From Gnetum montanum (lineage: Eukaryota; Plantae; Gnetophyta), in the NCBI GenBank assembly GCA_015680685.1, contig MNCI01001640.1:63563-127562 (forward strand): 64,000 nt of DNA, given 5' to 3'. The translations under genes and the position numbers were made by a program. Every line of letters starts with the position of its first letter. Within the stretch, counting starts at the first letter, position 1. The notes under the pieces were generated by a model. That model saw nothing but the letters and a program-made list of their open reading frames with translations. It had not been told where the DNA came from and made no database searches. Of this stretch, positions 62,054 to 64,000 are shown piece by piece.

Positions 62054-64000
62054 TGTACTGCCTGAAATTGTCGGTCTCTGGCTGGAAGAAAAACAGAGGC
62101 CGCGAGATCACAAGACGAGTACAGAAGACCCTACCTTCGCCTGAGGGTGAGCTAGAATGCACGAAGGTAGAGTACCTTGGGTGGTACACACACGGATTAG
62201 ACAAGGATTTCCCCGTGCGTACGCAAAATGCTATACGTTGGGCTATGCGTAAACTGTGGCAAGCGTAAATGAAGCGTAAACAGTGTAAAATAGATAGAAA
62301 CGAAGCGTGAGCGTAAACAGGCGTAAGTAATGTGTGGGCCAAATTGACGTAAAACTGTAAAAGAAATTATGTGGCGAATGTAAATAATGGTGTTACAGAG
62401 TCAAAGTACAGTGCACTGGTCTAACGCAGTCGTGTGGGAACAGAAGGAGGACGAAAAGCCCTGACATATACAAGCATGACTCGGCTGGTCTGCAGGCCGA
62501 GTGGAGCGTAGAGACTGTATCTACAGCGTACAGAGATTCCCAGCGTAAGAAGGTTTTAACTCTTTTGCGCAGTGTAAATGTTCTCTGGTATGCTCTGGGA
62601 TTTTGCCAACCGACCTGGGTAAAGTGGAAAATCAGGGATTTTATAGAGGTTGTTAAGCTAGACTCGGGTTGGGTGACACGTGGAGCGTTGACCGGCTGCA
62701 CACAATTTACAAATGTACAATATTACAAGTGTTGGGCGTATATGGTGGGCGTATACACTGTATCAGGTCGGCGTATACGCTGGATGCGCTGAGCGTGCGT
62801 GCACGTGGGTGAAGATGCTGAGGGATGGGCGTATACGCTGGGAATATACGCTGGGCGGATGCAAGGCGTACATGCCGATGGATGCTGGGCATACATGCTG
62901 ATGGATGCTGGAGTATACGCTGGGCGTATACGCCAAAAGATGGCCACTTGCTTCAATTATTGCTATTTGGTGTTGTCTTCATTCTGCCTTTGGAGATTTC
63001 GTGCTGGCCGTAAACCTTTACCGTACACCGGGCGTGCGAGTTGGATGTCTACGCTAGGCGTATACGCTGAAAATCCAAGCATCTATGCTAGCAGGCGTAT
63101 ACGTTGTGGATTCGAGCGTCTACGCTGGGGATTTCCTTCAGCGTAGACACTGGGCATATACGCTGGTGCCGGATACTTAGTTAAAATGAAGCTGTTTGAC
63201 CTCCAAAGTTGCAATACGTGATGCCCACTGTAGCCATGGTTGTCTATGGGTCCCATGGACTAGCTTTTTTTTTTTTGCTAGAGAAGTACTAAGCACTGAA
63301 TTTTGTGGTGTTTCATTGGCTCCTCTTGACCAGACGTCATCGTACGGTGTTCAGTAGTACATGGGATCGAGAAAGTGGAATTTGTAGCTAATAGGAGGAT
63401 CGAGATCGCGGGGATTGGTGACTACCCAAAGAATTGTGTTGTGGACAGGGGATGTTTAGATATGTGGCATGCTGATCTTTTCCAATAGCCAATGTTTTAG
63501 CATACTCGGAGTTCCGACATGCGATGTGCATCCTTGGACGGAACAGGGACCTAGGTTAGCTTTCAAGGGAATCCTGTTGACGGGGCCAAAGCTACGGGAG
63601 GATGTGGTACATGCTTTGGAAGGACAGGGCGCATGTTTAGTGTTCTGGGGAACCTATTGGCGGGGAGCAAAAGCCATGCAACTACATTTTTTTTTACCGT
63701 TTTACACATGAGTACTTAGTTTTGAGACGACTACCTTCCCACTTGGGACTTATATGGGAAGTGCCTAGGGTCTCGGTTGTTTTTTTTTTCCAGCGTAAAC
63801 TTTTACTCTGCTTTTGTACTCATGCGCAGTTGCTGTGCTGTGTGTTGCAGCTGCTTTATAGTGGTACAATGTTTTAGATGTATTGGGCGTGTCAAGGGGA
63901 TGTCGGGGTAAAATGTGTTGGCGAATGGATAAAGAATTTTTTCGATGAATGGGGATGTACTAGTGAATGGTTTGATTTAGTCCTGCCAGGTATGTTGCGA
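62054..64000 (-). mobile_element. LTR H (3' or solo LTR, related to LTR G) inserted in gag of G; relatively young
   Basis: Reverse complement of 62054-62215 aligns with 60670-60833 and ends CAGTACA; no PBS beyond it; TATA near 62643; CpG-rich; other boundary not identified. Confidence 0.8.
62730..63170. repeat. Palindromic GCGTATACGC repeat cluster in U3 of LTR H
   Basis: Many GGGCGTATACGCTGG-like units. Confidence 0.9.

Noticed and set aside
62565-63146. Cluster of overlapping ORFs with repeated peptides
   Set aside because: Produced by the GCGTATACGC repeat cluster in an LTR U3; no evidence of coding

Overview
Gene-free, repeat-dense land-plant nuclear DNA made of nested, mostly decayed Ty3/gypsy LTR retrotransposons. 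There are about seven Tat/Ogre/Retand-like pieces (A 1-7045 +, B 7321-19582 -, C 19583-~25480 -, D ~25900-31000 -, F ~46900-58951 -, G 58952-62053 +, H 62054-64000 -), one Athila-like element (E 38034-~46900 -) and older AT-rich relics. No host gene, RNA gene or CRISPR-Cas locus is supported. The main result is a shared, unusual layout in three diverged Tat-like copies (A, B, F). In B and F, gag-protease and RT are separated by about 6 kb that holds an antisense, TATA-driven, multi-exon gene; A shows the 5' part of the same gene directly upstream of its RT-RH-aRH-INT ORF. The ORF track misses this gene because it is spliced. It encodes a basic N-terminus, an FCP1/NIF-like HAD-phosphatase-fold domain, a possible plant-mobile-domain-like region and acidic tracts. 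Downstream, pol restarts at its own ATG behind a splice acceptor. Arrays of a covarying 4-bp-stem/6-nt-loop/TWAAACTRG motif flank the ORFs, and a CpG-containing TACGC/GCGTA motif is repeated in LTRs and in introns of the accessory gene. Together these suggest a retrotransposon-encoded trans-regulator plus cis-site system. All protein-family assignments are by eye; no database search was run, so novelty is unconfirmed.
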